NCBI GenBank assembly: GCA_963736855.1
Contig: CAVTQK010000006.1
Span: forward strand, 97,370-161,369
DNA length: 64,000 nt
Direction: 5' to 3'
From: an uncultured delta proteobacterium
Lineage (GTDB): Bacteria > Desulfobacterota > Desulfobacteria > Desulfobacterales > UBA2156
The notes under the pieces were generated by a model. The model was not told the DNA's origin. It searched no databases and saw only the letters and a list, made by a program, of their open reading frames with translations. A program made the translations under genes and the position numbers. Shown here piece after piece: positions 38,046 to 49,274 of this stretch. Position 1 is the first letter of the stretch; each line of letters starts with the position of its first letter.

Positions 38046-38944
38046 AAGCACTCATGCAAATGAATCTGCAGCTGCATCACGTCGTCAGCGATATTACAGG
38101 TGCCACGGGAATGAAAATCATTCGTTCAATCATTGCGGGAGAACGTTCCGCCAAAAAGCTTGCCTCCTACCGAGACGTGCGCTGCAAAAAGTCCGAGCAG
38201 ACTATCTCCGATGTACTAACCGGCAACTATCGTCCAGAGCACGTTTTTGCCCTTAAACAAGCTGTTTCGCTATATGATTTCTATCAGGGGCAGATTGCCG
38301 AGTGTGATAAAGAAATTGAAGCGATGTTATCAAAGCTGAAAACTGAAAAGCCTGCACCGAACCAGACCCTTCCCAAGGCGCGTCACCGGACCAAGCAGAA
38401 AAACGAGCCTGATTTTGCCCTTCGCCAGTCGCTTTACATGTTGGTTGAAGTGGATCTGACTAAAAAAACGGAATCGGTGCATACACGGCCTTGCGTCTTA
38501 TTGCCGAATGCGACAACGATATGGGCAAATGGCCGACATTAAAGCATTTTGCATCGTGGCTCTGCCTATCACCCGGCAATAAAATATCCGGCGGCAAGGT
38601 GCTGGCGAGCAACAAGCGTAAAACCAAGAGCAGGGCAGCAACACTTTTTCGAATAGCTGCGGTGAATGTCGGAAAAACCCAGACCGCTTTAGGTGCATTT
38701 TATCAACGTTTATCCACCAGAATCGGCAAGGCAAAAGCCGTCACTTCCACGGCCAGAAAGCTTGCCGTCTTGTTTTACAATGTGATGCGGTACGGAACAT
38801 CATTTGTTGAAACCGGTTCTGATTATTACGAAAAACAGTATATAAAAAAAGTTCTGCAAAACCTGTCCCGTCGAGCAAAAGATCTGTGCTTCGAATTGAT
38901 AAAGATGAAGGGACATGCTGCTGCTCCGTGAATGTTTCTTAGGA
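38041..38944 (+). mobile_element. IS110-family transposase remnant, 5'-truncated and frameshifted
   Basis: KALMQMNLQLHHVVSDITGATG, FASWLCLSPGNKISGG, TARKLA; frame change at A-run ~38462. Confidence 0.88.
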
Positions 38945-39883
38945 AAGCCACCGCGTACTTTGCCAAGGAGTCGCTGCACGGCATGCGGTGATGGAGGAGA
39001 TGCGACTCGACTATCCGTTGGGGTGTTGTGCCGGGTATTTGGGGTATCGGCCAGCGGATTTCATGCCAGGCGCAGCCGTGGGCCTTCTCGGAGGGCGCGG
39101 GAAGAGGGACAGTTGGAAACTGAGATCCGGGCCGCCCACAAGCGTACGCGGGAGACCTACGGTCCGGAGCGTTTGCAGCGGGATCTGGCGGCTCACGGAG
39201 TGCATATCGGGGTACATCGGATTAAGCGCATTCGTCGCAATCTTGGCCTGCGGTGCAGGCAGAAGCGAAAATTCAAGGTTACCACCGACTCTCGGCACAG
39301 TCTGCCGGTGGCCGACAATCTGTTGAACCAGCGGTTCCAGGCCGAGGCACCCTCCCGGGCGTGGCTGAGTGACATGACTTATATTCCCACCGATGAGGGG
39401 TGGCTTTACCTGGTCGGCCACAAGGACTTGTGCACCCGCAAGATCGTCGGCCATGCCATGGGCGAGCGCATGACTCGGAATCTTGTGATCGAGTCGCTGC
39501 TGCGGGCTGTGGAGACCACAGGATCCTGTACCGGTCTGCTTCATCACTCGGACAAGGGGAACCAGTACTGCTCTCACGAATACCGAAAGATGCTCGATTG
39601 CCTCGGGATGACGGTCTCGATGAGCGGAACCGGGAACTGTTACGACAATGCCCCTATGGAGAGCTTCTGGGCAACGCTTAAGACCGAGTTGATCTTTCAT
39701 CGACGTTTCGCTACCCGACTCCAGGCCATTCGGGAAATAACCGAATACATTGAAGTGTTCTACAATAGACACAGAATTCAGAAAAAGCTGGACTATTTTT
39801 CACCAGCGGCATTCGAACACCGATTCTATGAACAGCGGTTAGCAGCATGATAAATTGGTGTCCACTATTGACGACCGATACCA
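38945..39883 (+). mobile_element. IS3-family remnant (orfA tail, orfB integrase, right end)
   Basis: KATAYFAKES, TYG, WLSDMTYI, HHSDKGNQY, GNCYDNAPMESF; end GGTGTCCACTATTGACGACCGATACCA. Confidence 0.9.
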
Positions 39884-39955
39884 AGATATGGAATTCTTCA
39901 AACTTAAAAATTTTCGCGCTCCACGAGGCAAAGTAAGCTTTAGTCGGATGAACCG

Positions 39956-40105
39956 AAATTTCACTTGACAGTGCATATTTCTCCACGATATCAAAAATTT
40001 GTAAGCCTTGACAACTGCAGGTTCCCATATCTTGGGGTGCAGATGATGCCAAAATATATTCCATGCCCGCACTTAATCCGCCCAAAAAAAAGCGAGTTGT
40101 TATCA
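39956..40105 (+). promoter_or_regulatory. Conserved promoter/leader element, copy 1 (function unknown)
   Basis: Ungapped match at offset 18530 to 58486-58635; TTGACA, hairpin CTGCAG..TCCCA-TATCT-TGGGG.GCAG, block CCCGCACTTAATCCGCC. Confidence 0.65.
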
Positions 40106-40256
40106 ATTTTTCTTGACTTATGGAGGCGTATTGATTGAGAATTAAAACTTATGTTATCTGGTTTGCTGTCAGGGTGTTGATCAAGCCAATCGACGCCCAA
40201 ATGAATAAGGATATTGATGTTAACCGCCTTAAGATTAATTTTTAAAGGAGTTTTAC

Positions 40257-43200
40257 ATGACCACTAAAGTTCATGGATCTGTAATGGTAGTAGGCGGCGG
40301 AATCGCTGGAATGCAATCCGCCCTGGATCTCGCCAATTCTGGATACTATGTGTATCTTGTTGAAAAGTCCGCAGCCGTCGGAGGGTTGATGTCCCAGATT
40401 GACAAGACCTTCCCCACAAACGACTGCGCCATGTGAATTATCTCACCCAAACTGGTCGAGGTCGGCCGGCACCTCAATATTGAACTCATTACAACAGCAG
40501 AATTAATTGATTTGCAAGGCGAACCTGGGCGGTTCAGCGCTCGGATTCGCCAGGAACCCCGCTTCGTAGACCTGTTAAAGTGTACAAGCTGCGGGGAATG
40601 TGCTAAAGTTTGCCCAGTGTCACTCCCCAACGAATATGATGAAAACCTCTCCCAAAAGCACGCCGCTTACAAACAATATGCCCAGGCTATTCCGGGAGCT
40701 TATGCGATCCAAAAGGCGGATAAAGCGCCTTGCCGTTTAGCCTGCCCTGCTGGTTTGAATGTTCAGGGATATGTCCAGATGGTTGGCCAGGGTAAATACA
40801 AGGAAGCTCTGGAAATCATCATGGAAGATCTTCCCCTGCCCGGAGTACTCGGCAGGATTTGCCCTCATGGGTGCGAAGAAGCTTGCAGGCGGTGTCAAGT
40901 TGATGAGCCGGTTTCTATTCGTAATCTTAAGCGCCTTGCAGCAGATCAATTTGATCCGCGCAAAATAGAAATCAAATGCTTGCCAAGAAGGGAAGAAAAG
41001 GTTGCAATCATTGGATCGGGTCCGGCAGGACTTTCAGCAGCTTATCAATTGGCTCGAAAAGGAATCCTTTCGACAATTTTTGAAGCACAGCCAAAACCAG
41101 GTGGAATGTTGAGATTGGGTATCCCCGATCATCGTCTGCCTATCGAAGTTCTGGATAGAGAAATAGAAGTCATTACCAATCTGGGTGTAGAAATTAAAAC
41201 CAATTCACCTCTCGGACCGGACTTGACCGTTGATGACCTTTTTAAGAAGGGCTATAAAGCGGTTTACTTGGCAATAGGCGCCCATAAAGGGATTGAACTG
41301 GGTATCCCTGGTGAAAAAGCAAAAGGCGTCCGCCAGGGCGTTGAATTTTTACGTGAAGTAAACCTTGCAGGCAAAACAACAGTTGGCAAAAAAGTTGCTG
41401 TTATCGGAGGCGGAAATGTTGCCATAGATGTTTCCCGCGCAGCAGTTCGATTAGGTGCGGAGAAGGTGATGATCATCTATCGCCGGACAAGAGCCGAAAT
41501 GCCTGCCTGGGAAGAGGAAATTCAAGCGGCGGAATCAGAAGGCGTTGAAATTACATACCTTTCAGCACCTCAGGAAATTCTTATTGAGGATGGCAAAATC
41601 GTTGGGGTGCGCTGCATCCGGATGGAACTTACAGAACCGGATTCTTCAGGACGAAGAAGACCTGTGCCGGTTCCCAGATCGGAATACGACATTGAAATCG
41701 ACCAGATTATCCCTGCAATCGGTCAACGTGCGGACCTGAGTTCTATCGAAGATGTTCCGGATTTGAAATTTACACGGTGGGGAACAGTTGAAGTTGATCC
41801 CATCACTTATGCAACAGGAAAAGAAGGTGTATTTGCAGGCGGTGATCTGCAAAGCGGTCCATGGATCGCAATCGGAGCAATTGCTACCGGGAAGGAAGCT
41901 GCCGAATCCATTTTCAGATTCATAGAGGGTCGTGACATGGCAGAAGGAAGGGAAGCCATTACCAATGAAAATCCTGTTTACCAACCCATTCCTGAAAATG
42001 AGCCTCGTAAAGCCAGGGCAAAAATGCCGCATCTTCTTTTAGAAGAGCGGAAAGACAGCTTTAAAGAAGTTGAAATGGGGTTTGATGAGACTTCGGGAAA
42101 AGAAGAAGCCAAACGATGTTTGAATTGCGGTTATTGTTGTGAGTGTTTTCAGTGTGTGGGCGCATGTCTTGCAGGCGCTATCGATCATAGCCAGGTTCCG
42201 GTGGAAAGAACCATTGATGTCGGTAGCGTAATTCTTTCACCCGGAACTGAAGTCTTTGATCCTTCAAAGATGGATGAATTTTACCATTATAAAACAAATC
42301 CCAATGTCATGACGGCATTAGAATTTGAACGTATTTTAAGCGCTTCCGGACCAACCATGGGACATCTGGTTCGACCCTCGGATCACAAAGAACCGAAGAG
42401 AATCGCATGGCTTCAATGTATCGGTTCAAGGGATACCAACAGATGCGGAAACAGTTATTGTTCTTCTGTTTGTTGCACCTATGCAGTCAAAGAGGCGATG
42501 ATCGCCAAAGAACATTCCCACGGCGATCTGGATTGCGCTGTATTCTATATGGATATCCGGACATTCGGAAAAGATTATGAAAAATATTATAACCGTGCTC
42601 GTCATAAAAACGGTGTTCGGTTTGTTAAAGCCAGAGTTCATACCATTAACGAGGAGCGGGACAATAAAAATTTAATCATCCGATATGCAGATGAGACCGG
42701 TCAAATTCAGGAAGAAATTTTTGACATGGTGGTTCTGTCGGTTGGGTTGGAAGTACCCAAGTCAACAATTGAATTGGCAAAACGGCTCAACATTGAACTC
42801 AATCCCCATAATTTTGCTGTAACTCCGACATTTGCCCCGGTTGAAACCACAAGACCCGGCGTTTATGCTTCCGGTATCTTCCAGGGACCAAAGGATATTC
42901 CGAGTTCGGTTACTGAAGCAAGTGCTGCGGCGTGCGCTGCGGGCACATTCATTGCCGAAGGTCGCGATACGCTAACTAAAAAAGTCGAAGTTCCTGAAGA
43001 AATTGATGTTGCAAATAAGGAACCGCGGGTAGGTGTTTTTGTTTGTAACTGCGGCATAAATATTGCGGGTGTTCTGGATTGTAATGCATTGGTGGAGTAT
43101 GCCAAGAGCCTTCCTAATGTGGCTTTTGCCAAGCAAAACCTCTTTACCTGCTCCCAGGACTCTCAGGAGATAATGAAGAAAGATATCGAGGAGAACAATC

Positions 43201-44687
43201 TTAACCGTGTAGTGGTGGCTGCATGCACCCCTAAAACCCATGAAGCCATTTTTATGAGCACGATGGAAAGTATCGGTTTAAATAAGTACCTCTTTGAAAT
43301 GGCTAACATCCGCAATCAGGATTCCTGGGTTCATGCAAATAATCCGGATCTCGGCACGAAAAAAGCGAAAGAATTGATTCGCATGTCGGTGTCTAGAGCT
43401 GCCAGTTTAAATCCCCTCAAAGAAAAAGTAATCCCAGTAACCAAGCGGGCGCTTGTCATCGGAGGCGGGATTGCCGGTATGAATGCCGCGCTTGGGATTG
43501 CACAACAGGGGTATGATGTCGCTCTTGTGGAAAAGGAAAAAGAACTCGGTGGAATGGCAAGAAATCTTTTTCATACCATTGAAGGAGATGACATCCAGGC
43601 ATACCTCAAAAAATTGATCGGAGAAGTGAAAAACAAATCCAAAATCAAAGTATATACGGACGCCCGTATTACTGAATTTAAGGGCTTTAAAGGAAATTTC
43701 GTCACAACAGTCACGGTTGGAGGAGAAAAACAGGAAATTAAGCACGGCATAATTATTATCTCAACCGGAGCTAAAGAATATCGACCCAAGGAATTCCATT
43801 ATGGAGAAGATCCACGCGTTGTTACTCAGTTGGAACTGGGCAAACGATTGGAGGAAAAGGGTGCTTCAGATATTTCAACAGCGGTCATGATTCAATGTGT
43901 TGGTTCTCGGAATGAAGAAAATGAAAATTGCTCTCGTATCTGTTGCCAGAATGCAATAAAGAATGCTTTGACAATTAAAAAAACAAACCCGGATTGTCAG
44001 ATTTTTGTGCTTTACCGGGATATGAGAACTTACGGATTTTTGGAAGATTATTACCTAGAAGCCAGAAATCGCGGCGTCATATTTATTCGTTTTGAGCAGG
44101 AAGAACCACCGGTCGTCAGTAGCTCATCCGAAGGTCTTGTTGTACGAGTGAAGGATCATGTGTTGCAGAGAGACATAGAGATTTCAGCAGATATTCTAGC
44201 GCTGAGCGCAGGCGTAGTTGCAGCGGATACCGATGAACTCAGCGGCATCATGAAACTGAATCGAAGCCCTGAAGGCTTTTTTATAGAAGCCCATGTGAAA
44301 CTCAGACCTGTGGACATGCCCAGCGAGGGTATTTTCCTCTGCGGTACTGCCCATTCGCCGAAACTGATATCTGAAACCATTGCCCAAGCGCAAGCAGCCG
44401 CTTCTCGGGCGATGACATTCCTTGCCAAGTCAGAACTCAAGCTTTCTGCAATCACAGCTAAAGTTGATACGGATCATTGTGTGAAGTGTTTAACATGTGT
44501 TCGTTCATGCCCATTTGGCGTGCCAGTGTTTAATGAAAAGGAAAAGGTTATTGAAATTGATGAGGCGCTCTGTCATGGGTGTGGCATTTGTGCGTGTGTT
44601 TGTCCGAGGGAAACAATACAACTCAGTTACTATGAGGATGATCAAATAACCAGTAAAATTGACGCATTGTTGGCGGAGGGGATGTAA
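40257..44687 (+). CDS. hdrA: Large selenocysteine-containing HdrA (HdrL-type) with GltD-like insert and duplicated HdrA module
   Basis: ATG 40257 with [13 protein letters not shown]...[13 protein letters not shown](40434)-IISPKL in frame with ORF 40512-44687; SECIS-like CTGGTCG-AGGT-CGGCCGG; GltD motifs [23 protein letters not shown]; two QCxGSR/CSxxCC motifs. Confidence 0.92.
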
Positions 44688-45110
44688 TGGCAGAATTTGA
44701 ACCTAAAATTATTGCATTTTGCTGTGACTATTGAGGATATTCAGCCGCGGACCTGGCAGGTTCCATGCGACTGGAATATCCAACGAACGTCAAAATAATC
44801 CGGGTGCCTTGTACCGGAAAAGTTGATGTCATGCACCTTCTAAGGGCGATTCAAAAGGGCGCAGATGGCGTTTATTGCGTGGGCTGTTTGGAAGGGGCTT
44901 GTCATTATAACGCAGGTAACCTGAGAGCCCGGGAGCGTGTTGAATATGTAAAAAAACTTCTCAGAAGAGGTAGGGTTGGAGGGTGATAGGGTCAGGATGT
45001 ATAATCTGACATCGGGTGAAGGTCCAACTTTTGCTGCATATGCAAAAGAAATGACCGAAAATATCAAAGCGCTGGGACCCAATCCATTAAAGAAATACAC
45101 AACAACCTAA
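44687..45110 (+). CDS. mvhD: Selenocysteine-containing MvhD [2Fe-2S] subunit; one +1 frameshift near 44963
   Basis: [18 protein letters not shown](44732)-GYSAADLAG, IRVPCTGKV, GADGV, GCLEGACHY; C-terminus EEVGLEGDRVRM...KALGPNP in the +1 frame. Confidence 0.9.
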
Positions 45111-45127
45111 ATAATATGGGATCAACT

Positions 45128-46449
45128 ATGGCACAGAAAGAAGTCATTAAAATCGGGGGAAAGAAGAAGAGCAAGTTCTTGGACAAAGTCAGGGAGATCC
45201 TTCCTGAAGAAGGACACCTGAACATGTGTCTGACGTGTGGGCTCTGTTCCTCGGGATGCCCTGCGACAGGGTTGGAAGGGCTTGATCCGAGGAAAGTGCT
45301 TCGCATGGCTGCTCTTGGAATGGATGAAGAATTGTTAAGCACTACAATGGGCATGGATGTGCAGTATGTGCTGGCGATGTATGGTCGCATGCCCTATGAA
45401 AATCGATATCCCACAATTGGTCTTTAATATGCGGAAAAGCTGGCCTAGTAGAAACTCGACCCAAAGGCATATTAGGTTCATGTGATATGGCGTTAAGAAG
45501 CGATACGTGTAGCGCCATGGGAGCGACTGAAGAAGATTTTGAATTTGTTGTCAATGATGTGCTGGAAGAATATCGGGAAGGACAACCTGAACTTGCAGAA
45601 ATGCAGGCTCCCATCAACAAGCAGGGTGCAGAATTTTTCTTGAATCAGAATTCAAGAGAGCCGGTTACAGAACCCGACGAAATGGTTCCGCTATGGAAAA
45701 TCCTTCATCTGGTTGGCGCAGATTGGACATATGGAACCAAAGGCTGGGCTGCGGAAAACTATTGTTTATTCATAGCAGATGACGAGGGCTGGAAGCATAT
45801 TGTCCAGGTCAAAGCAAAAGCGGTAGATGATCTGGGCTGTAAAGTCTGGCTCAATACGGAGTGAGGGCACGAACTATTTGCAGTCCGGGCTGGACTGAAA
45901 AAATTCAACATTCCTTACAAGTTTGAAATCAAAAGCATCATTCAATATTATGCGCAATGGATTCGGGAAGGCAAACTCAAGGTTAATTCAGAATGGAACA
46001 AAGACCTTAAAATCAAGTTTACGGTTCAGGATCCCTGCCAATTAGTGCGTAAAAGTTTTGGAGATCCGGTAGCCGAAGACCTTCGCTTCGTGGTTAAAAC
46101 AGTTGTGGGTGAAGAAAATTTTATTGATATGCAACCGAACCGATCCAACAATTACTGTTGCGGCGGAGGGGGTGGTTTCCTTCAAGCCGGTTTACCGGAA
46201 GCCCGTCGAGCTTATGGCAAATTAAAATTTGAGCAGATTATGGAAACAGGTGCTCATTATTGCATCACACCTTGTCATAATTGCCATGCGCAGGTGCACG
46301 ATTTGTCCGAACATTATGAAGGAGGCTACCATACGGTTCATTTATGGACAATTATTTGCCTTGCACTGGGTATTTTGGGGCCAAAAGAAAGAGAATATTT
46401 GGGAGACGACCTGAAGGATATGATGGTTTTTCATCCTGAAATGGAATAA
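45128..46449 (+). CDS. Selenocysteine-containing HdrD/DsrK-like Fe-S (CCG-domain) oxidoreductase; two +1 frameshifts (~45345, ~45448)
   Basis: CLTCGLCSSGCP; shifted frame WMCSMCWRCMVACP; NTE-TGA(45862)-GH where the family has ECGH; QDPCQ, NYCCGGGGG, PCHNC; SECIS-like CAGTCCG-GGC-TGGACTG. Confidence 0.85.
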
Positions 46450-46468
46450 GAATAATACTGGAGGGAAT

Positions 46469-47140
46469 ATGATCATCGCAAAAAGGAAACCCTTTGAAGA
46501 GATAAAGGAAATGGTTAAGGGCTATAAGAAAGTCCTTAACGTTGGCTGCGGAACTTGCGTGGCGGTTTGTCTGGCAGGGGGCGAAAAAGAGGTTGATGTA
46601 CTAAATGCTGAACTGGACATGGCAAGAAAAATCGAAAATAACCCCATCGATATCGGTTCATATACAGTGGAACGTCAATGTGACAGTGAATACATGGAAG
46701 TTCTGGACCCCATAGTAAAGGATTATGAAGCCCTTCTCACCATGGCGTGTGGAGCTGGAGTTCAGTTTTTGGCGGAGAGATATCCGAAAATTCCGGTTTT
46801 CCCTGCAGTGAATACCACGTTTATTGGAGTCAATAAGGCAGTGGGATGGTATGAAGAGCGATGTCGTTCCTGCGGAAGTTGTGTTTTAGGGATAACGGCA
46901 GGTATTTGTCCGGTAACCATGTGCGCCAAAGGTCTTTACAATGGCCCGTGTGGCGGCACAAATAAAGGCTCATGTGAAATCAATAAGGATCAACCCTGCG
47001 CCTGGTATATGATATGGGAAAGATTATCGGGTCAAGGTCGACTCAATAATATAATTGATATAGTCCCGATTCAGGAATGGCAGAATCAGACGCCAAGAAC
47101 TGTGATCCAGCCCGGGTATAAAAAACCGGAGACTGCATAG
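46469..47140 (+). CDS. metV: Methylenetetrahydrofolate reductase Fe-S subunit MetV
   Basis: GCGTCVAVCLAGG, ERQC, ACGAG, CRSCGSC, CPVTMCAKGLYNGPCGG. Confidence 0.9.
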   Translation: MIIAKRKPFEEIKEMVKGYKKVLNVGCGTCVAVCLAGGEKEVDVLNAELDMARKIENNPIDIGSYTVERQCDSEYMEVLDPIVKDYEALLTMACGAGVQFLAERYPKIPVFPAVNTTFIGVNKAVGWYEERCRSCGSCVLGITAGICPVTMCAKGLYNGPCGGTNKGSCEINKDQPCAWYMIWERLSGQGRLNNIIDIVPIQEWQNQTPRTVIQPGYKKPETA

Positions 47141-47218
47141 ATATGTAATTAAATCGAGGTAAGATATGTTTAATGGTTTTTTTCAACCAAATACGTTTAA
47201 ACATAAGAGGAATCCGAG

Positions 47219-48157
47219 ATGAACGCTGAATTAAAAGCAGGAAGCAATTTAGAAAAGGTTCTAAAAGCAGGTCACTTTGCCTTTACCGGTGAGCTTGGAC
47301 CGCCGCGTGGTGCCGATACCCATGAAGTAAGACATAAAGCATCCTTTTTAAAAGGCAATGTAGATTCGGTAAATATCACAGATAATCAGACCGCTGTTGT
47401 ACGCATGTCAAGCTGGGCAGCTTGTATTGTTTTACTTCAGGAGGGTATTGAACCCAATTACCAGATGGTATGTCGGGATAGAAACCGCCTTGCAATGCAA
47501 AGTGATATTTTAGGGGCAAGCGCGCTGGGCATAAAAAATATTTTATGTTTATCCGGCGACCATTGTGTATTCGGAGACCATCCTAATGCCTTGGGGGTAT
47601 TTGATATTGATTCAATGCAACTCATCGGCATGGTTAAAAAGATGCGTGATGAAGGAAAATTTCAAAGCGGCGCTGAATTGAAACCACCGCCCAAGATGTT
47701 CATCGGCGCAGCCTCAAATCCATTTGCTGAGCCCATTGAATGGCGAGTTTACCGCCTTGCGAAAAAAATCAAAGCCGGGGTGGACTTCATTCAGACCCAG
47801 TGCATCTATAACATGGAGAGGTTCCGGAAGTTTATCCAACAAGCCAATGATATGGGATTGACGGAAAAGTGTTATATCCTGGCTGGAGTTACACCCATGA
47901 AAAATGTCGGGATGGCAAAATACATGAAGAACAAGGTTCCGGGAATGGATGTGCCCGATGAAATCATCAAGCGACTCCAGGGGGTTGATAAGAAAGATCA
48001 GGCAGAGGAAGGAATTAAAATGGCCCTGGAACAGATCGAAGAATTCAAAGGAATGAAAGGGGTTGCAGGCGTGCATATGATGGCGATCGAATGGGAACAT
48101 AGAGTTCCCGAGATTGCTGAACGCGCCAAAGTTCTCCCTCGTCCTATAATGCAATAA
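47219..48157 (+). CDS. metF: Methylenetetrahydrofolate reductase (copy 2)
   Basis: Same motifs as, and collinear with, 36559-37485. Confidence 0.93.
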   Translation: MNAELKAGSNLEKVLKAGHFAFTGELGPPRGADTHEVRHKASFLKGNVDSVNITDNQTAVVRMSSWAACIVLLQEGIEPNYQMVCRDRNRLAMQSDILGASALGIKNILCLSGDHCVFGDHPNALGVFDIDSMQLIGMVKKMRDEGKFQSGAELKPPPKMFIGAASNPFAEPIEWRVYRLAKKIKAGVDFIQTQCIYNMERFRKFIQQANDMGLTEKCYILAGVTPMKNVGMAKYMKNKVPGMDVPDEIIKRLQGVDKKDQAEEGIKMALEQIEEFKGMKGVAGVHMMAIEWEHRVPEIAERAKVLPRPIMQ

Positions 48158-48187
48158 TCAATTTTTTATTTTTTTCGTTTAATACCA

Positions 48188-48225
48188 TAAAACCCGGGTT
48201 TTTAATAAAGCCGGGTTTTTGTTAT
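48188..48225 (+). terminator. Intrinsic terminator after metF copy 2
   Basis: ATAAAACCCGG-loop-CCGGGTTTTTGT. Confidence 0.6.
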
Positions 48226-48389
48226 TTCAACCGAGCTATGTTCGAAAGTTGTGTTTAGCTGATCTTTAACAGTTCAATTTTTATTCTTCAATAAAAACGG
48301 GCAACTACAGGTTGTAAAAATGTTCTTGGCACTACCCCCATGCCAAAATTGCAAAAATTCCGGATTAAATTTCGCGAATCGTGGGCGGC

Positions 48390-49203
48390 ATCGCCATACC
48401 GCTTTTCTTTGGCCATGGCCAAAACCGCCTGTCTTCCCACCGGTAACAGCCGATGGGCCGGTTATTTGGGGCCCGGTTTTCCGTTTTCAAGGGGCAACCC
48501 TTGTGTCAACCGGCCGCGCCACCGGGTCACCCTACGGCGTTGGATCGCCCACATCCTGCATGTCCGGCTCACGGGGGTCCCTTCTTCCTTTCCCTGCACG
48601 GTGCTGGAAACAATCTCCCGTTTTCGATCCGATTCAAGCCAACACCCTTCTATCTTTCCCAGGAACCCCCATTCATTTTTTTTCTTAAGATGGCCACCTC
48701 CAGAGCCATCTCCGCCAACACCCGCTCCTTTTCCTCCAGTTCCTGTTTTAAGGCCTCGTATTGTTCCAAAGAGACCATCTTCTTTTTGGCCCCAGGTCGC
48801 GGAAAGACGCTCCAAAGCTCCTTCTTTCACCTTCTGCCGGATCCGAGCCAGATCCGTCGAGTACAGACCCTCCCGCCGTAACACCTCGGCGGCAAGCACA
48901 TCGCCTCGCTGGGCTTCTAAAAAGATCTGGAACTTTTTCTCCGGCGATAAAAACCGCCGTGACTTCTTGTCATCTTGAACACCGTTTGAATTCGCAATCA
49001 TGGTCTGCTTCTCCTTCCCAGGGTGGCTGGTGGGGAATTCCGGTCGCCCTGCGGACTCCCTCCATTCCCCACCAGCGCCTCATCCTACCATGTAGCGTAA
49101 TTCAATCCAACTTTTGGGACATAAATTCAGAAACGGAGGGCTACGCCGAACTAAATTGCGCAAGCGATTTTTTCAAGCAGACCCCCGTCTCTGGCGGTTG
49201 ACA
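48390..49203 (-). mobile_element. Decayed two-ORF IS (IS3-like HTH orfA plus start of orfB); ends uncertain
   Basis: RRFLSPEKKFQIFLEA...EVLRREGLYSTDL; A8 run at 48676-48683; PVSRTCRMWAI..RRVTRWR; no catalytic core seen. Confidence 0.7.
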
Positions 49204-49274
49204 CCCGATTCGATATTGTTTATAGATTTTCAAAAGTTGAATCCATCACCATCACAATGAGAAGGGAAACGACC

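Noticed and set aside
40004..40055. Resemblance of AACTGC...GCAGATGATGCC to the 3' half of the fluoride riboswitch
   Set aside because: The 5' GGnGATGG..TTC.CC segment needed for the pseudoknot is absent in both copies
44950..44956. A7 run as a programmed frameshift site in mvhD
   Set aside because: The family pattern KKLLEEVG places the shift after LL, downstream of the run
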